Counted from the first letter of the stretch, positions 23,449 through 31,392 are shown. The stretch is 32,000 bases of DNA from Actinoplanes sp. NPDC049681 (GCF_044465265.1 NZ_JBITLP010000001.1:1-32000), one strand, 5' to 3'. Notes: generated from the sequence alone by a model not told the origin. Translations and numbers: made by a program.

Positions 23449-23697
23449 ATGAGCGAGCCCCAGGAGATCGTGGAGACCCGCGGGGACGACCGCGTCGACC
23501 TGCTCGCCTCCGACACCAACGGCGACGGAAGGCCGGACGTCTGGGTCTCGGACACCGACGGTGACGGCAAGGCCGACCTGTTCCAGTTCGACACCGACAA
23601 CGACGGCAAGGTCGACATCACGATGGTCGACCTGGACCAGGACGGCACCCCGGACACCATCGTCGACGGCGACGGAGGGCTGCCGCCGGCCGTCTGA
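23449..23697 (+). CDS. 82-aa acidic protein made of four DxDxDG calcium-binding-type loops
   Basis: The loops are DTNGDGRPD, DTDGDGKAD, DTDNDGKVD and DLDQDGTPD, spaced about 13 aa apart. A GAGGAG Shine-Dalgarno sequence lies 6 nt upstream of the ATG. There is no signal peptide. Confidence 0.7.
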   Translation: MSEPQEIVETRGDDRVDLLASDTNGDGRPDVWVSDTDGDGKADLFQFDTDNDGKVDITMVDLDQDGTPDTIVDGDGGLPPAV

Positions 23698-23707
23698 CGC
23701 CCGCGGG

Positions 23708-25003
23708 TCAGCCGCCGCCGAGCGCGCTGATCGCCGCCCAGAGCACCGCGACGGCGAGGGCCGTGGAGAAGGCCGCCGAGGCGGTACGCCGCCACGGCCC
23801 CTTGCCGTCGGGCACGACCGCCTCCGGGTGCCCGAGCCGGGTGAGGGTGCGGCGCTGCCGGCGTACCTCGTGACACCAGCGGCTCAGGTCCGGCGTACCG
23901 CGGCTGATCTCGACCGCCAGCCGGGCCTGCGCGCGTTGCAGCCGGCGTACCGCTGCCCGGGCGCGGAATCCCGCCCGGACCCGGGCGTGCCAGCGGGCGC
24001 TGGCCCGGCGCGACCCGAATTTCAGTGCTTCGAGCTCGGCCGGCGTGACCAGCTCCGGGTCGTCGAGCGTCGCGAGCTGCGCGGTGTAGTAGTCGGCCTC
24101 GCGGTCGTGCGCCGCCCGCACGAGCAGCCAGATCAGCAGCAGCGGCGGTAGCCCCTTGAGGACGAGGACGGCCAGCAGCGCGACGGCGCCGTTGCCGAGC
24201 CCGTCGCGCAGCAACGGTGAGTTCCACAGCACGTGGGACGCCCAGGCGCCCAGGACGGCGAGCATGGCGACGCCGAGCCGGGTGCGCAGCGTACGGTCAC
24301 CGCGCACGACCAGATATCCGATCCCGGCCCCGGCGAGCGCGCCGAACAGGGTGTGGCTCCACACCCCGGACAGGAACCCGCGGAGCAGGAACGTGGTGAT
24401 GACCGGCTCGACGTGGTCGCCGCGTCCGGCCAGCGCGACGGCGCCCATCGCGTACACGATGTCCTCGACGATCTGGAAGCCCAGGCCGACCATCGCGCCG
24501 TAGACGACGCCGTCGAGCACGCTGTTGACCTGCTCGCGGGCGATCAGCACGACGGCGACCACGCCGAGCGTCTTGGCGACCTCCTCGACGGTCGGGCCGG
24601 CTAGCGCGGCGCCCCAGTCGGCGGCCAGGTGCGGCGATCCGAGCTTGGCGATGATGTCGTCGAGTGCCGCGCTGCCGGGGATGGAGACGGTCGTGGCCAC
24701 CAGGCCGCCCCAGGCGAACGCCAGGACCATCAGGGCGGGCGGTTCCCGCTCGAGGAAGTCGAGCTCCGAGACCACGAACCAGAACGGCACGGCCAGCACG
24801 GCGAAAAGGGTGGTCGCCGTGACCAGCGCCCAGGGGTACGCAGCGGCGAACTGCGCCGTGATCGTCGTCATCCGCCAGGCGCCGGCGAGGAGCACGGCGA
24901 GCACGATCCAGAACGCGGGGCGGCGCACCAGCCCGAGGTCGGGGTCGGGGCCCGGTTGTACGGGCGCGGACCGGGCGCTGCGCAACCGGGGCTCCGCCGT
25001 CAT
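23708..25003 (-). CDS. PrsW-family intramembrane protease
   Basis: Polytopic hydrophobic protein with PTVEEVAKTLG (EExxK), GVWSHTLFGALAG (HxxF) and ASHVLWN motifs, followed by a cytoplasmic Arg-rich tail. Confidence 0.8.
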   Translation of the reverse strand: MTAEPRLRSARSAPVQPGPDPDLGLVRRPAFWIVLAVLLAGAWRMTTITAQFAAAYPWALVTATTLFAVLAVPFWFVVSELDFLEREPPALMVLAFAWGGLVATTVSIPGSAALDDIIAKLGSPHLAADWGAALAGPTVEEVAKTLGVVAVVLIAREQVNSVLDGVVYGAMVGLGFQIVEDIVYAMGAVALAGRGDHVEPVITTFLLRGFLSGVWSHTLFGALAGAGIGYLVVRGDRTLRTRLGVAMLAVLGAWASHVLWNSPLLRDGLGNGAVALLAVLVLKGLPPLLLIWLLVRAAHDREADYYTAQLATLDDPELVTPAELEALKFGSRRASARWHARVRAGFRARAAVRRLQRAQARLAVEISRGTPDLSRWCHEVRRQRRTLTRLGHPEAVVPDGKGPWRRTASAAFSTALAVAVLWAAISALGGG

Positions 25004-25575
25004 CCGGTCCGCTCCGGCGCGTACCGGAGGGTTCTGGTGCTGGCGTCGATGGCCGGCAGGGTGCGGCCCAGGTCCAGGTCGTCGCCGCTGACCGTGACCT
25101 CGATGGTGTGGCCGTCGGCGACGAAGACCGCGTACCGCCCGCCGCGACCGGGGGCGCTGTAGCCGCCCTGGACACCGGCCAGGCCGCCGGCCGTCGCGAC
25201 GGTCAGCTCGGTGCCGGTGACCTGGTAGCCGGACGTGCCGGTGATGCGCTGGCGCAGCCGCAGGACGGCCGTCTGCAGGGTGCCGTCGAAGGGCTGGACG
25301 GTGACGAGGTAGCGAACGGGCCCGAGCCGGAACAGCACGGTTCCCGCGTCCTCGGCGGGCCTGGTCTCCGTGACGTCGATCCGCGCGCCGGGCGGCGGCA
25401 CGACGGTCACCCCACCACCGATTTCGTACGGGCGGTCCATGCGTACCGCGCGATCGGCGGGCAGCATCCGGTTGATCGCCGGCAGCCCGAAGGCGAGGCC
25501 ACCGAGGGCCGCGACGAGGGCGATCGCACCCAGGAGATTCGTTCGCTGACTCCCGGTAACCCTCCCCATCCCCAT
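25000..25575 (-). CDS. Membrane-anchored protein of unknown function
   Basis: A single N-terminal TM segment (NLLGAIALVAALGGLAFGL) is followed by a beta-rich domain. Its stop overlaps the PrsW start (ATGA). Confidence 0.6.
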   Translation of the reverse strand: MGMGRVTGSQRTNLLGAIALVAALGGLAFGLPAINRMLPADRAVRMDRPYEIGGGVTVVPPPGARIDVTETRPAEDAGTVLFRLGPVRYLVTVQPFDGTLQTAVLRLRQRITGTSGYQVTGTELTVATAGGLAGVQGGYSAPGRGGRYAVFVADGHTIEVTVSGDDLDLGRTLPAIDASTRTLRYAPERTG

Positions 25576-25625
25576 ACGCTAACGGTCCGCGCCGACGGGC
25601 TTCGGATGGAGAGTGTTTTGTCCGT

Positions 25626-26186
25626 TTACTCGGAACGTTCGCGGAAATGTCCCGGCGGCACGACGGCGGTGAGCCACACGCCGTTGGCGCTGAGGTGGAA
25701 GACGTGCCCGGACGCGGTCATGGCGGCGGCATCCACCTCGAGAACCGCGACGTCCGCGGACCGGCGGCGACCGACGCGCAGGGCCGTGAGCACGTCCGGC
25801 GAGAGATGGACATGGTGACGGCTCCGCGGCCGGAGGCCCTCGCGCATGATCGAGGGCAGGTTGGCGCGCGGGGTGCCGTGATACAGGGTCGCGGGCGGAT
25901 CCGCCGGCGGCAGGTCGAGGTCGACGTTCACGCGCCGGGAATGCCCCTGGCTGGCGCGGATGCGGTCCACCCCGTCGGCGCCGGTGGCGACCGCGAAACG
26001 GGACTTGTCGTTACCGGCGACGACGACGTCGAGCTCGGCCCGGGTGATCTCGAGGGCGGCGAGCAGGTCGGTGACGGGGACCCAGCCGGCGGGGTCCAGG
26101 GCCAGGCCGGCGACCTCGGGCCGGTGCCGCAGCACGAGCGACATGCGCCTGCTGAGGCGTACCTGATCCCGGGTCAGCTCGCTCAC
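25626..26186 (-). CDS. kptA: RNA 2'-phosphotransferase (Tpt1/KptA family)
   Basis: LSRRMSLVLRHRPEVAGLALDPAGWVPV, RIRASQGHS and LYHGTPRANLPSIMREGLRPRSRHHVHLS carry the R-H-R-R catalytic tetrad context. GTG 26186 overlaps the upstream stop (GTGA). Confidence 0.85.
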   Translation of the reverse strand: MSELTRDQVRLSRRMSLVLRHRPEVAGLALDPAGWVPVTDLLAALEITRAELDVVVAGNDKSRFAVATGADGVDRIRASQGHSRRVNVDLDLPPADPPATLYHGTPRANLPSIMREGLRPRSRHHVHLSPDVLTALRVGRRRSADVAVLEVDAAAMTASGHVFHLSANGVWLTAVVPPGHFRERSE

Positions 26187-26959
26187 GGATGCAACTCCAT
26201 GACCGCAAGGTAGTAAGGCCGGTCCTGGGTGTCGACGGATTTCAGACGCCACGGGGTGCCCTCGAGCAGCTTCTCCAGCTCGTCCACCGAGCAGTTCAGG
26301 TAGTCGAACCACTCCGTCGCCAGCAGGCGATACCGCAGGCGCAGGCGCAGCTGGCCGCCGAGCCGGCCTCGCTCGCGATTGCGCCGGTGATAGGCCACGT
26401 GCACCGGGTCCGTCGTCCCGTACGGGTCCGAGCCCTGCGCCACGATTCGCGCGCCCGGCCGGGCCAGGGCCGCGAGCGCCGCGAGGAATCCCGGGGCGCG
26501 CTCCGGCCCTTCGAGCAGGCCGAGGTTGTTGCCGAGCAGCAGGAACGTGTCGTAGCGGGTGGTCGTACGGGCGTAATCGTCGACGGTGGCGATGACGGTG
26601 TCCCGCAGCCCCCGCTCGCGTGCGATTTGGACTGCGCCGGGTGAGATGTCCAGCCCGGTCACGGCCATGCCCCGGCGCTGCAGCTCGAGCGCCGTACGCC
26701 CGGCCCCGCACCCGACGTCGAGCACGGCACCCCGGCAGAGTCGCAGAGCGCGTACGTCGTGCGGCTGCCATTCGGCGGGCTCGGCGAGGTAGTGGTCGGC
26801 GGGAGCGCCGTTGATCAGGCCGTCGTCGCGCTCGATGATCTCGATGACCGGACGCGGCACCCGGCCGCCCGCCAGGGGGCGCGGGCCGATTCCGGTCCGC
26901 ACGGCGTACGCGTCCCGGATCAACTCGCCGAACACGTCGCCGATGGGTGGCTGATCCAT
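26183..26959 (-). CDS. Class I SAM-dependent methyltransferase
   Basis: Motif I is VLDVGCGAGRTALEL, followed by VTGLDISPGAV and TFLLLGNNLG. The start is placed at ATG 26959 (MDQPPIG), since the upstream part of the ORF overlaps the divergent PPOX gene. Confidence 0.8.
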   Translation of the reverse strand: MDQPPIGDVFGELIRDAYAVRTGIGPRPLAGGRVPRPVIEIIERDDGLINGAPADHYLAEPAEWQPHDVRALRLCRGAVLDVGCGAGRTALELQRRGMAVTGLDISPGAVQIARERGLRDTVIATVDDYARTTTRYDTFLLLGNNLGLLEGPERAPGFLAALAALARPGARIVAQGSDPYGTTDPVHVAYHRRNRERGRLGGQLRLRLRYRLLATEWFDYLNCSVDELEKLLEGTPWRLKSVDTQDRPYYLAVMELHP

Positions 26960-26978
26960 TGTCACTACTCTTGAGGAC

Positions 26979-27350
26979 ATGCCGACGCTCGAGCAACTCG
27001 GTGCCGAGAAATACGTCCTGCTGACGACGTTCCGGAAGGACGGGCGCGCCGTGCCGACCCCGCTGTGGGTCGTGCCCGACGGTGCGGGCCTGGCGTTCTG
27101 GACGCCGAAGGGCACGGGCAAGCTGAAGCGCATCCGCAACAGCGGCCGGGTCACGGTCGCGGCCTGCGATGTCCGCGGCAACGTGAAGGGCGAGGCGATC
27201 GAGGCGACCGCGCGCATCGGTGCCGAGGCCGATCGGGTACGGGTCGGAGAGCTGCTCAAACGCAAGTACGGCCTGATCGGCCGCCTCTCGCTCATCGGCA
27301 GCCGGATCCGCCGGGGTGAGCACGGCACGACGACGATCCTGGTGTCCTGA
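26979..27350 (+). CDS. PPOX-class (pyridoxamine 5'-phosphate oxidase-like) probable F420-dependent protein
   Basis: YVLLTTFRKDGRAVPTPLWVV ... KLKRIRNSGRVTVAACD is typical of the small actinobacterial PPOX/FDOR family. Confidence 0.8.
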   Translation: MPTLEQLGAEKYVLLTTFRKDGRAVPTPLWVVPDGAGLAFWTPKGTGKLKRIRNSGRVTVAACDVRGNVKGEAIEATARIGAEADRVRVGELLKRKYGLIGRLSLIGSRIRRGEHGTTTILVS

Positions 27351-27359
27351 GAGACGAAA

Positions 27360-27393
27360 AAGGGGCGATCGCCTTCCCCGGCGCTCGCCCCTT
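27360..27393 (-). terminator. Intrinsic terminator of bldC (possibly bidirectional)
   Basis: AAGGGGCGA (27360-27368) pairs with TCGCCCCTT (27385-27393), extendable to 13 bp with one mismatch around a 6-nt loop. On the minus strand the hairpin runs into a TTTTTCGTC tract. Confidence 0.6.
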
Positions 27394-27423
27394 CATTCGA
27401 TCTTTCGGTCGACTGCGGTTCGT

Positions 27424-27633
27424 TCAGTCGCCCTGCCGCTGCGTGGGAATCTGTCCCTGCAGCAGGGCGCGAACCTCCGACTCCCGGTAGCGACGGTGCC
27501 CGCCCAGGGTGCGAATTGCGCTGAGCTTGCCCGCCTTGGCCCACCGGGTGACGGTCTTCGGGTCGACACGGAACATCGACGCCACCTCGGCCGGTGTTAG
27601 TAGCGGCTCAGGATCGTGCGTACGCGATGCCAT
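27424..27633 (-). CDS. bldC: BldC developmental regulator (small MerR-like DNA-binding protein)
   Basis: EPLLTPAEVASMFRVDPKTVTRWAKAGKLSAIRTLGGHRRYRESEVRALL is near-identical to the Streptomyces BldC sequence as I remember it. A GGAGGAG Shine-Dalgarno sequence lies upstream. Confidence 0.9.
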   Translation of the reverse strand: MASRTHDPEPLLTPAEVASMFRVDPKTVTRWAKAGKLSAIRTLGGHRRYRESEVRALLQGQIPTQRQGD

Positions 27634-27936
27634 CGGTCACTCCTCCACAGGTACCTAAAGACAACGGCCGGGGTCCCGCCGGCCGGTGCGTCTCTCATGG
27701 TCCGGCTAGTCCCCGATGTCCGACATGGGCCGAACGGCCGAACGTCCCTAGATAGACGGTTGAAGCATGCCCGATTTATCCCGGTTTTATACGCCAGAAA
27801 GTGTCTTGTTTGGACCGAAAATCACGCTTCGGCAGTCGCTGATTACGAAGAGTATTCGCCTTGGAAGCGGTTCCCGAGGTGCCGATCCGTGCCCGTTCGT
27901 CCTATTTTCGCTGGTCAACAGCGTCACCAGTGTCGA

Positions 27937-28776
27937 TCAATTGCAGCGCTCGAGCAACTGCACCGCCCGCCAGCGCGCGACGAGCTTCTCGTACGCCTCC
28001 GTGGCCGCGTCGGCGTCACCCCGGGAGAGTGCCGTCAGGCCGGCCGCCACCAGTCCGGGTGAATCGTCACCCTGCAGGGCGTCGTCCGGAAGAAGACCGG
28101 TGAGGCCGCCGTAGTCCAGCTCGACGATCGAGCGCGGGTGGAACTCCTCCAGCCAGCGCGTGCCCTCCTCGACCGCCTCGGTGATCGGGGCGTCCCCCAG
28201 CGACTTGCGCAGCACCGAGACGCCGCGGTGCGCCCGGCGGCGAGCTTTGGAGATCTCCGTGCGGTAGCGCAAAGTACGCCGCTCGCCGGTGAGGTCGATC
28301 TCCCGCTCGTCCAGATCCACGAAGACGAACCAGCGCAGTGGCACACCCCAGGTGGCGATCTGCTCGTGCACCCGGGGCACGCCGCGCTCCAGCACCTTGG
28401 CGCCGCTGCGCCAGTCCTCCACGATCGCCTTGGCCTGCCCGGCGAGCACCGGCGGCACGAACGCGTCGGCGAGCACGCTCGGCACCCCGTCCCGGGCGTT
28501 CAGCGCCGCCTCGGCGACGCGCAGCCGCAGGTTCCACGGGCAGACGAGCAGGGTGTCGCCCCACTCCAGGACGTAGGCCTCGTCGGGCAGGTCGGGCAGC
28601 CGGGTCCAGCCCGCACCGAGCGCCTCGAGCACGGCGGTGCGCTGCCGGACCGGCCCCTCGGCGGGGCCCAGGGCCCGCCCCTCCCGGGCATAACGGCGCC
28701 AGAAAACCTGACGGTCCCGGTCGAAGGCGGTCAGCGGCTCGTAAACGCGCAGGTACGACGCGAACAGTGACGGCAC
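27937..28776 (-). CDS. Conserved actinobacterial hypothetical protein (sits between bldC and vdh, as in Streptomyces)
   Basis: 279 aa with high third-position GC. The N-terminus is MPSLFASYLRVYEPLTAF. No catalytic motif was recognised. The position matches the bldC-vdh synteny I recall from S. coelicolor (SCO4089-4091). Confidence 0.7.
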   Translation of the reverse strand: MPSLFASYLRVYEPLTAFDRDRQVFWRRYAREGRALGPAEGPVRQRTAVLEALGAGWTRLPDLPDEAYVLEWGDTLLVCPWNLRLRVAEAALNARDGVPSVLADAFVPPVLAGQAKAIVEDWRSGAKVLERGVPRVHEQIATWGVPLRWFVFVDLDEREIDLTGERRTLRYRTEISKARRRAHRGVSVLRKSLGDAPITEAVEEGTRWLEEFHPRSIVELDYGGLTGLLPDDALQGDDSPGLVAAGLTALSRGDADAATEAYEKLVARWRAVQLLERCN

Positions 28777-28988
28777 GGCGCGATCCTTTCACGAAACCGC
28801 GGTCGATTGCCCCTCCGCGCGCAGCCAATCGGGTGGCTCGGGGCACGCCTGTCGTGGGCGCGGCTCGTCGTGAGCCGTCATGAAGCGACCCCGGAGGGCC
28901 TAAGCTCGCTCATGTCCGGCACACCCCGCCGGAGCAGGCAGCGCGCCCCACAAGGGCGTACACCGCACACACTCAGGAGAGAGCAGTC

Positions 28989-30071
28989 ATGGGCGTGTTC
29001 GTAAGCAGCGACGGCACCGACGCCGCCGGGCACGAGCAGGTCGTCTTCTGCCAGGACCGGCACACCGGTCTGAAGGCGATCATCGGTATCTACTCCACGG
29101 CCCTCGGGCCCGCGCTGGGCGGCACCCGGTTCTACCCGTACGAGAGCGAGGAGGCGGCCGTCACCGACGTGCTGAACCTTTCGCGCGGCATGGCGTACAA
29201 GAACGCCCTGGCCGGCCTCGACCTCGGCGGCGGCAAGGCAGTGATCTGGGGCGACCCGGTGCAGGACAAGTCGGAGGGGCTGCTGCGGGCGTACGGACGC
29301 TTCGTGGAGTCGCTCCGCGGCCGTTACTACACCGCCTGTGACGTCGGCACGTACGTGCCGGACATGGACGTCATCGCGCGCGAGACCCGCTACGTGACCG
29401 GCCGCAGCGTCCAGCACGGCGGCGCCGGTGACTCCTCGGTGCTGACCGCCTGGGGTGTCTTCCAGGGCATGCGCGCGGCCGCCGAGCACACCTGGGGCAG
29501 CCCGACGCTGGCCGGGCGCCGGGTCGGCATTGCGGGCCTCGGCAAGGTCGGCAAGTACCTCGCGGGTCACCTGATCGAGGACGGCGCTGCCGTGGTCGCC
29601 ACTGACGTCAGCCCTGCCGCGCTCGAGTGGGCCCGCACGACGTACCCGCAGATCGATCTCGTCGCGGACACCCAGACCCTGATCACCAGCGACATCGACG
29701 TGTACGCCCCGTGCGCGCTGGGCGGTGCCCTCGACGACGACACGGTGCCGGCGCTGCGCGCCAAGATCGTGACCGGCGGGGCGAACAACCAGCTCGCCCA
29801 CCCCGGCATCGAGAAGCTGCTCGAGGAGCGCGGCATCCTCTACACGCCGGACTACGTGGTGAACGCCGGCGGCGTCATCCAGGTGGCCGACGAGATCGAG
29901 GGCTTCAACTTCGAGCGCGCCAAGCTCCGTGCCACCAAGATCTTCGACACCACGAGCCAGATCCTGCGTCTCGCCGACGACGAGGGCGTGCCGCCGGCGG
30001 TGGCCGCCGACCGTCTCGCCGAGCGCCGGATGGCCGAAGTCGGACGGCTCCGCAGCATCTACCTGGGTTGA
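28989..30071 (+). CDS. vdh: Valine/leucine dehydrogenase (Glu/Leu/Phe/Val dehydrogenase family)
   Basis: [12 protein letters not shown] and [11 protein letters not shown] (catalytic Lys), the NAD fold [13 protein letters not shown], and the C-terminus [13 protein letters not shown]. Confidence 0.9.
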   Translation: MGVFVSSDGTDAAGHEQVVFCQDRHTGLKAIIGIYSTALGPALGGTRFYPYESEEAAVTDVLNLSRGMAYKNALAGLDLGGGKAVIWGDPVQDKSEGLLRAYGRFVESLRGRYYTACDVGTYVPDMDVIARETRYVTGRSVQHGGAGDSSVLTAWGVFQGMRAAAEHTWGSPTLAGRRVGIAGLGKVGKYLAGHLIEDGAAVVATDVSPAALEWARTTYPQIDLVADTQTLITSDIDVYAPCALGGALDDDTVPALRAKIVTGGANNQLAHPGIEKLLEERGILYTPDYVVNAGGVIQVADEIEGFNFERAKLRATKIFDTTSQILRLADDEGVPPAVAADRLAERRMAEVGRLRSIYLG

Positions 30072-30077
30072 GGCTTT

Positions 30078-30132
30078 TGTACACCGTCGTGCGTCGCGTC
30101 CCCGACGAGTCGCGACGCGCGACGGTGGTACA
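30078..30132 (+). terminator. Long imperfect hairpin after vdh
   Basis: TGTACACCGTCGTGCGTCGCG (30078-30098) and CGCGACGCGCGACGGTGGTACA (30111-30132) pair over about 20 bp with 2 irregularities and a 12-nt loop. There is no U-tract, so a role as a terminator or processing site is uncertain. Confidence 0.4.
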
Positions 30133-30250
30133 CGTAACCCGAGGTGCCGAAGGCGGCATCGTCCATGTACCGTAAGACCCACGAGAGATGCCTGACGTCA
30201 TCGGGGCCCGCCTTCGGGCTGCCCCGAATTCTGTGCGAGGGGGTCGAGCC

Positions 30251-30466
30251 ATGGGGCGCGGCCGTGCTAAGGCCAAGCAGACAAAGGTGGCCCGGGAGTT
30301 GAAGTACCACTCCCCGAACACCGACCTCACCGCCTTGCAGCGCGAACTGGCGGGTGCTGGTAAGTCCGACCATCACTTCGACGACGACGACGACAACTTC
30401 GTCGACGACGAGGATGACGACGATCTGGACGACGAGCCCGACCGTTGGTCGCCTTCGAGGCGCTGA
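30251..30466 (+). CDS. DUF3073 family small protein (basic N-terminus, poly-acidic C-terminus)
   Basis: MGRGRAKAKQTKVARELKYHSPNTDLTALQRELAG is the conserved actinobacterial DUF3073 N-terminus as I recall it. It is followed by DDDDDNFVDDEDDDDLDDE. Confidence 0.8.
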   Translation: MGRGRAKAKQTKVARELKYHSPNTDLTALQRELAGAGKSDHHFDDDDDNFVDDEDDDDLDDEPDRWSPSRR

Positions 30467-30480
30467 CCCGTATTGCACAG

Positions 30481-30502
30481 AGCACGCGGCTTCCCGCGTG
30501 CT
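30481..30502 (+). terminator. Hairpin terminator after the DUF3073 gene
   Basis: AGCACGCGG CTTC CCGCGTGCT is a perfect 9-bp stem with a 4-nt loop, followed by TCCGTGTGT. A second inverted repeat, CATGATGCCC (30531-30540) / GGGCATCATG (30558-30567), follows. Confidence 0.5.
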
Positions 30503-30705
30503 TCCGTGTGTCGCGGTCGTTCCGGCAGTTCATGATGCCCACGCAGCGTGATCGCGCGGGCATCATGTTCTGCTCGTAGTCCTTCACCCCTCCACCGCGC
30601 CGACGGCGTGGCCCTCCGGATGCCCTTCGCAGGCCCCGGGTGCCTTTCGCGAGCGCGGGTGTCCCCCGTGGTCGCGGCGCCCTATCGCGGGCCCGGTGCT
30701 CTCTT

Positions 30706-30933
30706 GGGTGCGGGCCGCGCTTCGTAGGACGCTGGAACGCGAGGCCGGGATGGCCCTGGCTGGTGCGGGCCGCGCTTCGTGGATGCTGGCGCCACTTTGT
30801 GGGTGCGGGCCGCCATCGCGGGCGCCTGGGTGCGGGCCGCCATCGCGGGCGCGTGGGTGCGGCCGCCATCGCGGGCGCCTGGATGCCGGCCGCCATCGCG
30901 GGCGCCTGGATGCCGGCCGCCATCGCGGGCACC
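30706..30933. repeat. Tandem repeat array: five head-to-tail copies of a 27-bp unit (30801-30933), preceded by two diverged half-related copies
   Basis: The units are GGGTGCGGGCCGCCATCGCGGGCGCCT (30801-30827), a near-identical copy (30828-30854), a 26-nt copy lacking one G (30855-30880), and GGATGCCGGCCGCCATCGCGGGCGCCT twice (30881-30933). The related copies GGTGCGGGCCGCGCTTCGTnGGAnGCTGG start at 30707 and 30762. Confidence 0.85.
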
Positions 30934-31167
30934 GGTCGGGGCCTGAGCTGCCATGGCATGCCCTGACGACCCTTGCTCCTCTGCGGCGCAGCTGGTCATC
31001 CCGGGCGGCATCACGGTGGTGATTCGGCCGCCGACAGCGCCTTCAGGCATGTCCGGCCTCGGCCGCACGATGGCGCCTCCGATCCCGGGCGCGGGTGGCG
31101 GCTCTCGCATGTCCAGATTCGGTCAGCGACGGCGCCCGCCCCCGGCCGCCGTCGCCGCCGGGCCCGC

Positions 31168-31392
31168 TCAGCGGGGCCGGTTGTTCCAGTTGTAGAACGT
31201 CGGGATGTTCTCGAAGTGGTTCCAGGCGCAGACCGCCGACCCTTCCCCGGCCGCCGTCTCCTCGCGCTGCCGCCGCGCCTCGTCCGCCTCCTGGATGAGG
31301 GCGGCCAGACCCGTACGGGTGTCGCGCACCCGCGCCGTCACGGGATCCGTCTCCACGCGGTCAGACGGCCGTGGGCTCGTGATCTCGGGCAT
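31168..31392 (-). CDS. Candidate RiPP precursor peptide (74 aa) with an aromatic/Asn-rich C-terminal core
   Basis: MPEITSPRPSDRVETDPVTARVRDTRTGLAALIQEADEARRQREETAAGEGSAVCAWNHFENIPTFYNWNNRPR. Of 74 codons, 68 end in G/C. A GGAGGGAG Shine-Dalgarno sequence (31409-31402) lies 9 nt before the ATG. The ORF overlaps the last 32 nt of the rSAM/SPASM gene. Confidence 0.6.
   Translation of the reverse strand: MPEITSPRPSDRVETDPVTARVRDTRTGLAALIQEADEARRQREETAAGEGSAVCAWNHFENIPTFYNWNNRPR

Noticed and set aside
24660-24700. 10-nt match (TGGCCACCAG, inside the PrsW gene) to the 3' end of tRNA-Phe, considered as a possible attR
   Set aside because: It is too short, lies inside a coding region, and is expected by chance in GC-rich DNA. 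No longer duplication of the tRNA 3' end was found by eye.
25626-27544. The track ORFs 25626..27323 (565 aa) and 26183..27544 (453 aa) read as single large proteins
   Set aside because: Only the C-terminal 186 aa and 258 aa respectively carry KptA and methyltransferase motifs. The N-terminal extensions overlap other genes and are Arg/Pro-rich read-through.
28878-30182. 434-aa minus-strand ORF opposite vdh
   Set aside because: It is antisense to a gene with a complete amino-acid dehydrogenase signature.
30801-30933. CRISPR array
   Set aside because: The repeats are directly abutting with no spacers, the unit is 27 bp without the usual repeat-spacer periodicity, and no cas genes are present in the window.
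30640-31110. ORFs running through the 27-bp repeat array (30640..30966 plus, 30696..31022 plus, 30682..31110 minus, 30327..30959 minus)
   Set aside because: Each reads different repeat units in different frames because of the 26-nt unit. None has a Shine-Dalgarno sequence or a recognisable domain, and the last also runs antisense through the DUF3073 gene.
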